Positions 23,368-35,323 of a stretch of DNA of 64,000 nucleotides are shown here, piece by piece. This stretch comes from Balanoglossus misakiensis (lineage: Eukaryota; Animalia; Hemichordata), in NCBI GenBank assembly GCA_040954595.2, contig CM082597.2, positions 3,378,014-3,442,013 on the forward strand, read 5' to 3'. Made by a program: the position numbers and the translations under genes. How positions within the stretch are numbered: the stretch's first letter is position 1; the number at the start of each line of letters is the position of its first letter. The notes beneath the pieces were generated by a model. That model searched no databases. It saw only the letters and a list, made by a program, of their open reading frames with translations, and was not told where the DNA came from.

Positions 23368-25581
23368 ATGGCGCACAGAGACTCTGATATTTTGGATGAA
23401 CTTGACGAGAACGCTTTGTCGTGCCCGATCTGCTTAGAGCGATATGATAATGCCAAAGTTTTGCCCTGTATGCACAGTGTCTGTGAGAAGTGTCTGGTGA
23501 AGTGGGCTGACAAACATGGATCGCTGCAGTGTTCCGTTTGTCGACGCCATTTTGACATGCCAGAAGGGGGCATCGCCGAACTTACGCCGAGCTACTTCAT
23601 CAACAGTGTTGTTGAAATGGTATCTAAGAGGGACGGGAAGGGCGAAAAGGCGTGTGAAATATGCGAAGAGGAGGAGCCGATCACCGACAGGTGCATAGAA
23701 TGTGCAAAATATCTTTGCCGACGGTGTGGAAAAGGTCATCTAAAAATACCTTTCCTATCACATCATCAGGTTATGCCTGTAGATGAATATCGAGAGGTCA
23801 GCTGCAGGTCAGGCTCGGAGTCCTCTGGCGTGCAACTGGCGGCAGTTCAGTGCAAGACACATCGTGAGAACCAAGTCAAGTTCTTCTGTAAGCAGTGTAC
23901 TATTCCAGTTTGCTTAGAGTGCACGGTCATCGAGCACAGGGCTCCCGAGCACGATCTGATGAGTCTGCAGGCAGCCAAGGAAGAATATGAGACAGACCTG
24001 AAGAATTCGATGCAAGAATTGAAAACGAAAGAAGGCGAATTCACAGAAACTGTCAGCGTTCTCCAGAAGGCGTTCGACAACACGACAGGTCGGTTGAAGG
24101 ATGAAGAAGAGAAGATTGCAAAATGGACTGACAATGTCCTGGATGTGGTGAAGGGCCAGCGAGACGCCATGTTGCACTCGCTGCAAGGTGTGTATGCATC
24201 GAACCAAAAAGAACTGCAGTGTAAGATTGATGAAGCTGAGAGAATGAGAGTTGACGCCCACAATTTGCTTGCATACATGGACAGACTGATGCGATTTGGG
24301 AATGCTGGACAGCTTCTGGCAACACGGAAAGAAAGCAGTGAGCGATTGAACGAGCTCCTTGCATTTCCAAGCTTGGGCAAAGATTGTAATGTGGGTATAA
24401 ATGATACTAGCTTTACACCAAACCGAAAGCTAAGCAATCTTCAGCTGGGGTCTTTGCAACCAGACCCTTCAAGATCATCTATCGATGTTTCGACAGTTCC
24501 TGACATCGTTAGATTTAACGAAGAAATCGAAATCGCCGTGAAGTTGTCACACTCTCATGGCCAGTATGTCTCTGCGAAAGATATCGGCCTGGCTGCTGAA
24601 GTGATCTTCCCAAATGACACCACCAAAGAGGTCGACCTAACCCAAGCAAAGGTGGAGGGTGATACATTTCACTTTAAACTCTCAACTAGTGTGGAAGGTG
24701 CTCACAACCTCAAAGTGAAGGTGAATGACGTCGAAGTGAAGAACTCGCCCTGTATCATCTATGCCATACCAAAGAAGGGAACCACAACTACCATAGGAAA
24801 ACAGGGGAAATGTCCTGGTCAGTATAACGGTCCAAGAGGCATCGCCAAATCACCTGATGGAGATCTCTTTGTCGCTGATCGGCACAATAATCGTGTCCAG
24901 CGACTGGGCAAAAATTTCCACCATAAACGTACAATCACATTTGTTGATTTCAGTGATCCCTTTGAACCATGGGGGATCACCCTGTCGGCTGATCGGCTTT
25001 TCATCACTGATGTTAAAAATAAGCAGATCTTGGTGTGTGACCACAATGGCACATTGAAAAAGATAATCGGCCAGGGTAACTTAAATGAACCATGTGGAAT
25101 TTCTCTTAATCAAGCCAGCAACATATTGTATGTCGCAAATTTCCACGCGCATAACATACTTATGTTGAAAACAAACGGAGATTATGTAAAACATTTTGGC
25201 AGCTCTGGGTTTGGTCCAGGGCAGTTTAAAAACCCATTTGATGTTTGCATTAACTCCAAAGGTCAAGTCCTTGTGTCCGACTACAATAACCACCGCATCC
25301 AGATGTTCAACGAGAATGGCAGCTTTTTGTGCATATTTGGTTCTAAGGCAGTAAAACTTCCCGAAATTGTTGGCCTGGCATTAGGCACCAATGGTAATGT
25401 GTACACATCAGTCAGAAACAGCCTAACTATACGAATCTACGACGACGGTTATTTAATTGAGACTATAACCAAAGAGTTTCAGTGTAAACTCTTTGGTATG
25501 GTCGTGACAAGAGATGCACCACTTGGCAAAATTATCGTATGCGATGCACACAATAATTGTCTCAGAGTGATCCAACAGTAA
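23368..25581 (+). CDS. TRIM-NHL E3 ubiquitin ligase (RING, B-box1, B-box2, coiled coil, filamin, NHL repeats; TRIM2/3/71-like), single coding exon, 737 aa
   Basis: First ATG at 23368. RING CPICLERY..PCMHSVCEKC..CSVC; B-box1 CEIC..CIECAKYLCRRCGKGH; B-box2 CKTH..FFCKQCTIPVCLECTVIEH; coiled coil; filamin-like EGAHNLKVKVNDVEVKNSPC; NHL repeats GQYNGPRGIA..LFVADRHNNRVQ and GQFKNPFDVCINSKGQVLVSDYNNHRIQMF. Confidence 0.93.
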   Translation: MAHRDSDILDELDENALSCPICLERYDNAKVLPCMHSVCEKCLVKWADKHGSLQCSVCRRHFDMPEGGIAELTPSYFINSVVEMVSKRDGKGEKACEICEEEEPITDRCIECAKYLCRRCGKGHLKIPFLSHHQVMPVDEYREVSCRSGSESSGVQLAAVQCKTHRENQVKFFCKQCTIPVCLECTVIEHRAPEHDLMSLQAAKEEYETDLKNSMQELKTKEGEFTETVSVLQKAFDNTTGRLKDEEEKIAKWTDNVLDVVKGQRDAMLHSLQGVYASNQKELQCKIDEAERMRVDAHNLLAYMDRLMRFGNAGQLLATRKESSERLNELLAFPSLGKDCNVGINDTSFTPNRKLSNLQLGSLQPDPSRSSIDVSTVPDIVRFNEEIEIAVKLSHSHGQYVSAKDIGLAAEVIFPNDTTKEVDLTQAKVEGDTFHFKLSTSVEGAHNLKVKVNDVEVKNSPCIIYAIPKKGTTTTIGKQGKCPGQYNGPRGIAKSPDGDLFVADRHNNRVQRLGKNFHHKRTITFVDFSDPFEPWGITLSADRLFITDVKNKQILVCDHNGTLKKIIGQGNLNEPCGISLNQASNILYVANFHAHNILMLKTNGDYVKHFGSSGFGPGQFKNPFDVCINSKGQVLVSDYNNHRIQMFNENGSFLCIFGSKAVKLPEIVGLALGTNGNVYTSVRNSLTIRIYDDGYLIETITKEFQCKLFGMVVTRDAPLGKIIVCDAHNNCLRVIQQ

Positions 25582-28500
25582 TGCTTATCCCACTGTACTG
25601 ACATTTGAATTTGAAGGGACTACATGTAAGTCACTAGAATAGGACACGATTTTTGTTTCAAAACTTGAAGACAATTAGTCTTATTCTTGTGGGAAAAACA
25701 TTTTGACTTTCATTCCTGAACTCGCATACAGCCTGTGAATTTACCAGGCAAAATATAAGAATGTTTATGACACAAGAAGTTTGATAGTTCAACTTCAGTA
25801 ACATACTTGGTGTGTAAGTTTTATTGTACAGAACAACCGACCCTTTTTAACCTGGAATACCTACCAGATCCGCATTAAAAGTCAGAATATCATTTAGGAC
25901 TGATGCTAGTATTTGGTCAAATGAATTCCAAATAATTTCTTTGTTTTCATAAGTGTATATCAGTAGTTGACTTTTGTGGCCTTCAGTGGTTGTCATGATC
26001 ACGATCATTTTAGGAATGGAGGCAGAGAAAGAAATTTTGCTTGTTGAAAAGTTTTTTTTTGCTTTGTTACTCCAGTGAGAAGTAATAAAATATAATAAGA
26101 ACGTACAACACGAAATGATGTTTGTCATTCATGGAGGAAAATTCCTATGTCACCAACACCAACGGTCACGTGTGTGTGTTTGTAGCATGGATGTGAGGAA
26201 AGACATGATGTACCACAAACCTGTACAAAACACCACCTGTGCACAGTCATGTCTGTGTAGCGCCCCCTAGAAGCTGGTAACTAAAATGATTGACGATATT
26301 GTTAGTAATCAGGTGCACGCTTCTTATTCTCACTGATACTGAGAGAGAATGGTCCTTGAGGAAAATATGAGAGAAAGTTTAAGACTTCGATTTTCAACGC
26401 GCACACTACTCAACAAGAATTAATTGCATTGGTTTAACTTTCAAGGTTCCTTTACTCCACGTCGCTTTAACACCTGTGTCCGTTCAACGTCACTGAAACC
26501 GAAACGGATCAACTGTCACAAATTGAAACAGGCACAGGCAGGTGGTTACACCCCTCCTCAAGGCGGCACTTGATTAGATTTCCAGCCTCCTTCCGCTGTC
26601 AATTTCCCAGATTATAGTATTTGTGAAACACACTAAGGATTATACACCAACTTATCCGCATTCAATATCAAAAGTCATCTGGCTGTATGGTTAATATCTC
26701 TGAGAGGAGGACGTTAGTGAATAATTGAATTTCTAGTCGACACACTTGAGGTATTGTCACCGGCGTACTTGACGTTCGCTTCGACAGCGAGGAGCACAAA
26801 CATCCTGTTGGCCTTGAAGGGGATTGCATCTGAGCTCGAGGCGGCATGAATGGCCGTCTCTTGTTCACAGGCCGCTTCTGACGATAATTCATTCGTTTGC
26901 GGAAACAACAGTTATTTGAGATAGAGGAAGCGAAATTTGCCACCTGGTCCAATGCACGCCGTCGGGGGTATCGGTGGAAAATCTAATTTGTGAGGATACT
27001 TTTTGAAAATTGCTTCCACCGCGGCAGGAAGAGAAAGGACTGATTTTGAAAACATGTAAATTTAAATGATTCCCTTCGTGCCCGCGTTCCAGGAAAAATA
27101 AAAACCTCCGGTTGTTTATCATTATCTTACATCTAAACATAATGATCCGAAACTCTAGTTTCCGTGTATGATTACTATCTTGTGAAAAACATACGGAAAA
27201 TGGCCTTCCTTGATAAGTTTTCAACGTGATCAAATGTTTGCCCTGGGGCGTTCGAGCAAAGAGTTGCTACTGGAGACATTTGGCTTTCTGTTTTCTTGGT
27301 TGTCTCGCACTTTCGACTGAATCTTTTAAGCAAATTTCTGAAATACACTGGGATTTCTGTTAAGGTCACAAGAAACTCCATTTGACCACATTTTATAATC
27401 TCCACCTCCGATATAATCTTATAATTCGGAAAAGGGCTTATGTGGGAATACACGGGACAGCAAACTCACTATAATAGTTGAGGAGTGGCGTTTAATATTC
27501 CATAACTGTCTCCCAAGTCTAAACAGCGCCGTCTAGAGTCACTACTGACGAAACAGTCCTACATGCAGCGTGGGTGCGCACGGAGCTCATATCTCTACAG
27601 TAGATTTTAATCAGATTGAGAATGAATGTCACATATGGTTATCTGTAAATCCTATAATAGCGTTGAGCTCATTTACAGGCGATTTTCACTGATACCCTGC
27701 TCGGTCACTGGTTGATGCTATGTATCTCTCCTAACTGGTCAATGTTCTTTAAATGACTAGATATGGGAGAAAAGCTTTCCCCAGAGTATTAAACGTTGGT
27801 TGAATTTTTTAAAATGAGCTTTACATGTATCCAATGAACATGTGTGCCTATATACTCTTACATGCACCGATAGCGAGGATGGCGGATTAAGACATGATCT
27901 ACTCAAAATCGAAAATGCGCGTACCGTGTATGCAAATTTTCCAATATCTGTCGCCTACATTGGCTGAAGATTTTTTGGGGAACCAGACTGTGGTTTGGCA
28001 CATGCGCATAAGACGATCGTCGCCCTTTAATATCGTCTGCAAAGTTCGAGAAAATCAAAACACGGCGAAGCTGGCTAATTCAGCTTGATACAAATGCACT
28101 TTCAAAGCTATTAGCAGGTCTTTGGCCTTCAATTCTCAAAACACAAAATCGGTAAAAAAGATATCATTTCGCTCAGTCCGTCTCCATGGCGACAAATCCT
28201 GGCTGCATTTGATTGCAGGCAACCAATGGGGCACCCGTCTTTAATCTCGTATATACCCATAAAACATTGATGCGCTTGCTGTGTGAGATATCTGTCGATT
28301 TTATAATAAGTCGCTTTGAGATCTTCATGAAAATTCCCCGCCCTGGGTATTTTTCTGACTAAAAGCGTCTTAGTAGTGTGTCTTCTACGGTGTGAGCGGC
28401 GTTTGCCGGGGTACCATGGAAACAAAGAGAGGACGAGATTTAGACTGACCTAGTTTGATATACGATTATTTTCGGTTACATATGCAAGAAAATAACCAGG

Positions 28501-29000
28501 CAAGTTTATTCTGGGGCGCGAGTTCTTCCATGTATATATCATGAGCTCGCGAGAAAAAAAAATACATGACCGAACGCCGCCACGGGTATCATTTAAATCA
28601 TCTTTTATCTCTACCTACATGTAGGTCATCTGAAAACAAAAAAGGTTGTTTTTTGTCCGCTGTATATAATATTATCTCCCAAAATGGCTAAATTTCCCTC
28701 CTATGGTCGTCGTTACGTTAATGTAGGATATACACAATTTAGAATGAAAGGGAAAAAAACCAGGTTGACGCTTGGCTTTTAAAGTGACGTGGGCGGTGAT
28801 CAAAACCAACTCATTTTTGGTCTTATAGTGTTTTCTTCACCTCTGGCTCCCCAGGTTCATTTTAAGCAAGCACTTACGGGGTTTTAACCTTTCCTTAAAA
28901 GGCTTTTACCACTTTAAGAGAAGAACAGACTGCGTCCTTATAAAGTTTTGATGGCAACGGAAAGTATTCTCGCACACGTGAGTAAGCTAGCGAGTGACTG

Positions 29001-29172
29001 TACATACATACATACATACATACATACATACATACATACATACATACATACATACATACATACATACATACATACATACATACATACATACATACATACA
29101 TACATACATACATACATACATACATACATACAGACATACATACAGACATACAGACACACACACAGACAGACA
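29001..29172. repeat. (TACA)n microsatellite with degenerate CAGA/CA tail
   Basis: Directly visible. Confidence 0.97.
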
Positions 29173-31556
29173 ATTCGGCATGACGTGTGAGTGCACGTGA
29201 ATATGCCGGCTAACAACCGATGGGGGAACTGTCAGACTAGAAAACGCGCCAAATGGAGCATTTTGCACGAAGCCCCATCAACGACACACATTAGTGACTG
29301 CTTATCTCCCCCCCCCCCCCCCCTTCCTCGCCAAGAAGTGAGGTCGAAAAGTAACGATTCACATGCGACGTGCAGCTTGTGGCTGGAAAGCATGATTTAC
29401 GGCCTGGCGGGCCTTTTTTACGCGGTGCACGTATAAACCGCAAGATTTGCACTAATCTCCTTAACTGGCTATTTTAAAAGCTGTCGCTGAAAATTTCATT
29501 TTGTGTATTTAATAGACATTTGAACGTTCCCTTGATTAATTCAATCTGTTTTGAATGGAATTTGTCGAGTTTACACGCTGTGCCTGCTTACGAGGCTAAT
29601 CTTGGCGATGACCGAGTATCCCAGCATGCCCCGCGTCCACGTGCTGGGCGAGACGATGGGCTTCTATCGTGTTATATTAGGCGCCGGTATCCCATTTTCA
29701 CTGATACAAATATAATGTTAAACTTTTTTTTCTTTTCTTATGGATTTGAACTGACTGTTCTAAAACTCACATATATCCTACAAACCTATCTACCCATTGG
29801 ATCGCACGCCATATCATTCGGCCATACTTCTAACCCTATAACAGTCAACACCGTAAGTAAATAACATGCAAGGCACGCAGACGCGAAGGCAAACCCTCTC
29901 CGATCACGCGTGACACGACCAGGGCCAGGAGAAAAAAATGCCTCCTTTTAATGTATATCTTGTATTAGTGACGGTTATATATGAGTGGTTCGCTCGGGTG
30001 ACTTTTCCATTAATTGAAGTAAAGTTTCTCGGCGCAGGGGTTGGATTAGAATGCTAAGCTCTGTGACGCATACTAGAACCCTGACAGCGCCTTTAGTACT
30101 AGAGTTATGACCCCCTATAGACAATATCATAACGGCGACTTTTTAACTGGTTATTATATATAATTATTATATTATTGTTATTAATATATTTATTATTATC
30201 TGGGAGAAATTGTCGTCTTTTTGATTATTTTTTTGCATTCATGCCGTTCGAATATAAACACTTCTTCGAGAAGAAACGTACCCCGGCGGAAATGAAAACG
30301 AAAACACGCAAGATATACCAATTTGACCCTTGCTACATATTGCTGAATCACCACTAAATACTGAAGTCTAGTTACTTGACTGAAAAGTCACAATCTAACA
30401 AGTGCGTAATTACCTCGATTTCTAAAACGACATTTTGAAAATACATCATTTAAAAGAGACCAAATGTTCATTACACTAATTGCACACGGGTCATCCGTCT
30501 GTCAGCAGAGACACGTATTCTCGTTTCAGCTCCGATATCGCCCGAGGGGCGATTTTATTGCAGATGAATTTATCCGTAAAAGTTGCAAGTAAACCTATAG
30601 CATGTTATGCTCCAGTGAATTCAGACATGTCTGATATTAAGTGTTTTTTGTATTTACATGAAAACTGCAGTTTCGTATGGTTGTGTGAGTCACAATTCTT
30701 GGAACAGTACAGCTACGGAGGCTACAAGTAACATTTTATCTCAAGCGATCTAATGTCTACTTAAACACGTTTTATAGATTAGTAAAAGTTAGGGGGGTTC
30801 TTGTAGGCTTCTCAAAAAAAAAACATCAAAATATGTTAGGTGTTTCACTCAAGACTTAAACACCGCACTGGGTGCCAAGGCAACAGGCTACTTATATCGA
30901 TGGCGGAAACGTGATGTCACGCGCAAGCTCAGAACACTTTTGCATGTTCGTGTGGGAAATTAACGCACTTTTGGTACCCATGGTTACTTGACAGTTAAGT
31001 GTGTTTCAGTGGAAGTTTTCGCGCAGAGGTTCTGTCTGAAACATCAAGAAAACACATCTTGGAAAAAATACTTTGAGTTACTTGACAAATAAGTCGTTGG
31101 TGCCCTTTCGCGTCATTTCATGATTTTAGTCTGATACTTTAGTTATATCATGGCATGTTTAGCATTTACTAAAGGCCGCGTGTATGCTCAATTTCAGCGT
31201 GTACGCTGAGCTTGTAGAACAAAAAGGGAGAATGTCGCGTGGTGCTATCTACATGCTGTAAATTAATATATTCCGACATAATGCACATGCGCTAACCTTA
31301 AAGGGAGGGGGTCACATTAACAGGTTCACCCACTGAGACCTTTTCATTGCAACACTTTGGCCCCACGCGCATCACTCAACTGGGCGAGGCTGTTTAATTA
31401 TTACATTATGTAATCGCTGGTGGGGATGAAAGGTGGGAAATACACATAATTACCCATGAGTTGGTCGGTTTGCTGGACCACCCAGGGAGCTCTATTGTTG
31501 AATGTTACATTAGGAGTTATGATGTGTCAATATATTCATAATTTCGCGCTACGTTG

Positions 31557-31660
31557 TACACATACACATACACATACACACATACGTACATACAGACAGA
31601 CAGACACGTGGACAGACAGTCAGACAGACGGAGACCAAAGAGAGAGAGGCAGAGAGAGAG
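31557..31660. repeat. Compound low-complexity microsatellite (TACACA/CAGA/GA)
   Basis: Directly visible. Confidence 0.8.
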
Positions 31661-32455
31661 ATATGATATCAAAACGCCATTTCCTTCTTTTATTGTCCTC
31701 TTTATATGTGAAAGTACCCCGGGGGCATGTTGCTCACCAGATGGAAACCGTCGACTCACATTCGTAAACATGATTGATTTTGTAACCTTCAATCTGACTT
31801 CACAAAGGACGCTGCTACTTCACTTACAACCACCATCACGACTTTAACGACCCGAAAATAAATAACACGGAATTAATAAAGCTTCCCTCGTCTATGAAAT
31901 ACGATCCCTGCACTATTTTGAGGTGATTTATCGCTTCTAAGAGAAAAAAAGACTTGAACGGCGGGCGTTCAGTCCGTCGGTAAAGCCAAGACGTGTATTA
32001 ATTTCTCGGAAGAGTTATGGCGAAACAAATGAAATCAACATGCAATCGACATGTGCCGAATTCGTGTCCACCCTCCTTCAGCCGTAGGTGTTTCAAAGGA
32101 TGACGTCATATGAATATATAATATTGCAGTTCAACAATTAGGGTGTGTATGAGTAGTTTTATTTCCACTTGGAATGGTAGAATTGCCTTGGGTTGCGTAA
32201 TTACATCGTGTGTTTGAGTTGCAAAAATTGCATACTGCTAAGATATTGAACGCGGGCAACTATTTTATAGCGCAACAATTCTGCGTAATCGCACTCCCCG
32301 GTCTGTTGTACTCGCAATATAAATGCTCATGTCATGAGAATGAATGGACAGATTCTGAAAATGTATAATTCTGAAGTGGATTTGAACCGCAAAAGGCCAA
32401 TTATACTACTGTGGTAGGACATATAGACGGATGGTGGGATAGATCGAAGATTGTG

Positions 32456-32610
32456 ATAGATACATATATACATACATAGATACATAGACACATACATACA
32501 TAGATACTGCATACATAGATACATAGATACACACATACATACATACATACATACATACATACATACATACATACATACATACATACATACATACATACAC
32601 ATATATACAT
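32456..32610. repeat. (TACA)n microsatellite with degenerate 5' part
   Basis: Directly visible. Confidence 0.95.
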
Positions 32611-35131
32611 CTCTTCGCCTCTTGAAAATGTCAAGAGCAACCTATATGTCAAGAGGAACGTCAAACTGTTACAGTTGCATTCGCTTTTGTGCATTTCTCT
32701 TTCGACGGACGTCGGCGTGAGAGGTATAGGGTTTGACAGCTGCACGTTGTTTAAGATGTAGCCCGCAGCGAGTGCCAATCGAAAAGCTTTGGAGCGCTGA
32801 TCGCAACCGACGATAAAAGGCAAATGTAACCGACGACCAAAAGGAGCAAAGCTGGCACATGTTAGCGTCTCGGTATTTTGCAAATTGAACATAAACTGAA
32901 AACAGCTGATACATGGCTCCTTATGGCGGGCATGTGTGGCAGTTACTAGCCAATTAATAGGAACCAATACACACATTCAGATACAAACTATTTACTATCT
33001 ACGACCAAAACTTTAACGACAGTGAGACAAAACTGCCATGGTTTTAACATATTTGAATAAAGTATTGAAATGCAAAATAAAGTATTAAAATGCAAATTAA
33101 GAACGACGGGAGTGGTTATTGTTTTCTCCAGTGTCGTCATCATGGAGGCAACGAGACATAGGTGTTTGGCCGAGATGACAATCCTATCCGTGTTGCTAAA
33201 CACTCATTAATGGTCAGATAAATCACCGATTCGAGGGAAGACTGTGTCATCCTTTTACAACAGACGCACTTATGAAAGCTTAGACCTTGTCAAAATGAAC
33301 AAGGTTGCGTTTAAGCTAACATCCTACAAGGCGCAAACCCTTCATCGCGTGGAAATCGCAAGAAAATCGACGGATTGCCGAACAAGTGATATGTTTTAAT
33401 GGAATAGAGCCTTCGGGTTCTAATGAATCATGTGGAGTAAGTGACGGAACCTTGGCCGTTAACCTGTTTGAAACTTCGATTTTTAGGGCGTACATACAGG
33501 ACACGTGGACTTCAACGTCTAAATTACAATCCTTCAATTACTTGTCATGAGATATACCTGACATGGACTACTAGCTTGAGGGACTGTTTCAAACAACTCA
33601 TGTTATAGATGTACCACATATACAAAGTATCGCTATTTCTTGATATGAATGCACAATATTAGCAAATTGAAAAATTGACTCAGGTCTGTCTAATCAGAAA
33701 TGTTTGTTCTCTCGTTGAGATACACAGCAAGGGGAAACGTCGGCGTTAAGAAAATCTCCCATTAAAAGCAATCAGGAAACTTTCCTATTTGTCATAGCTT
33801 TGTGTGCGGAACGTAACTATCACTTCAGGTTAATTATCGATTGCAATTTGCAGAAGTGTGTTGGTAGTCAGGCCTGGGGTGCCAACTGGTTCCCCGAGGA
33901 CAATCAATCAATTGCCGAATAGATTTGGTCTAATTGCCCTGCTCGCAAGTCGCTAAAAGGTGGCAAAATTCTCACAACATTAAACAGGTTATTGCTACCT
34001 AAGTGAGTGTCAGATAAAAACCCTATGTGGTCGACTGACCTTCGAGATGGCGGGTGTGTGCCATGTCAACAAATCGAAGGCCATAAGCTAAAGTAATGTT
34101 GGGACAAAAATAACAATCTAAAAAGTTGAACGAGTTCTATGGTCTAGACCAGGTGGTACATGTTGATCAAAGCAGGTCATGAAACATAATTAGCATATTC
34201 ATTTCTTCAAACCATGCTTACAGTGGGTCGTCGAATTTTACCCGCAATGCAATTATTATGAAATGGTTTGACCCCTAGCACGAAGATACCCGTGCACAGG
34301 ACCGGAAAACTGGTGACGGGGGTGGGGAGGTTAGCGCGCGGGGGTGATGGGCTGGCGTATTGCTGCCAGCGGTTGTAGACGGCTTAGTTGAGCAGGGGAA
34401 ATACAGGGACATGGTTTAGACAATGATTACCGTTTTCTGGCATTATCTGGGGGGACCCCTTTCACGCGATTAAATTACACAACGTACAGGATCATTCTCC
34501 ATCTTACCTGCATTGCCTTGACACGTGTGTAATGCTCTCTCAACGGTGTACTTGACACTTCTTCCGAGTCGTGATGTCCATGATGGCGCAGGGGTCACAG
34601 GTCAGGTCTCTCTGTAGGAGGATAGGTCGTCAGTTCGAGGCGCACTTCCGGTTTCACCTGCCCTCTACGTCAAAGGAGTGGTCACGCCTGTTGTACACGC
34701 GTACGCGGGTGTGACTCTATTGGCCTCATTGTTTTTGCTAGTGTAAACCATAAAATCAATTCTTTTTATTCGGAATGGCCATTTCAAAAGGAAGATGTAG
34801 AAATCCCCTCTTGAATATAACATCCACATAATTGAATAGAGTGCATTAAAGAATCTAGTTCAAAGTATGAACACTCAATCAACGTGAATGTTGCCTGATG
34901 TTGTGTTGGTTATCTACACACGTGGTTTGTATGGCGGTTGTCCATGGTTACATCTGTTACAACGCTGGAGATTCCCATTGATGTCAGGCGATGGCAGATG
35001 TGATCTACAAACGTTGATCTCCGTACTTGTTCAATCTTTCCGTTCAAGTCAATGGTATTTGTTTACTCTTAATGACGGCGAAGGATCGCGTTGAATACAG
35101 AATGTTACTGTCAGTGTTTGAGTACAAGTTC

Positions 35132-35323
35132 GTATGTATGTATGTATGTATGTATGTATGTATGTATGTATGTATGTATGTATGTATGTATGTATGTATG
35201 TATGTATGTATGTATGTATGTATGTATGTATGTATGTATGTATGTATGTATGTATGTATGTATGTATGTATGTATGTATGTATGTATGTATGGACGAAAG
35301 TGTGGTGTGTGTGTGTGTGTGTG
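35132..35323. repeat. (GTAT)n microsatellite followed by (GT)n
   Basis: Directly visible. Confidence 0.97.

Noticed and set aside
23358-25293. Antisense and alternative-frame ORFs over the TRIM gene
   Set aside because: Shadow ORFs of a real coding sequence, with no domain features.
26668-27453. Cluster of short minus-strand ORFs, possible transposase or exon remnants
   Set aside because: No recognisable motif and no consistent splice-phase chain.
28895-29268. ORFs with MYVC/HTYI repeats (also at 32.3-32.9, 35.0-35.4, 38.9-39.5 and 47.0-47.4 kb)
   Set aside because: Translations of (TACA)n microsatellites.
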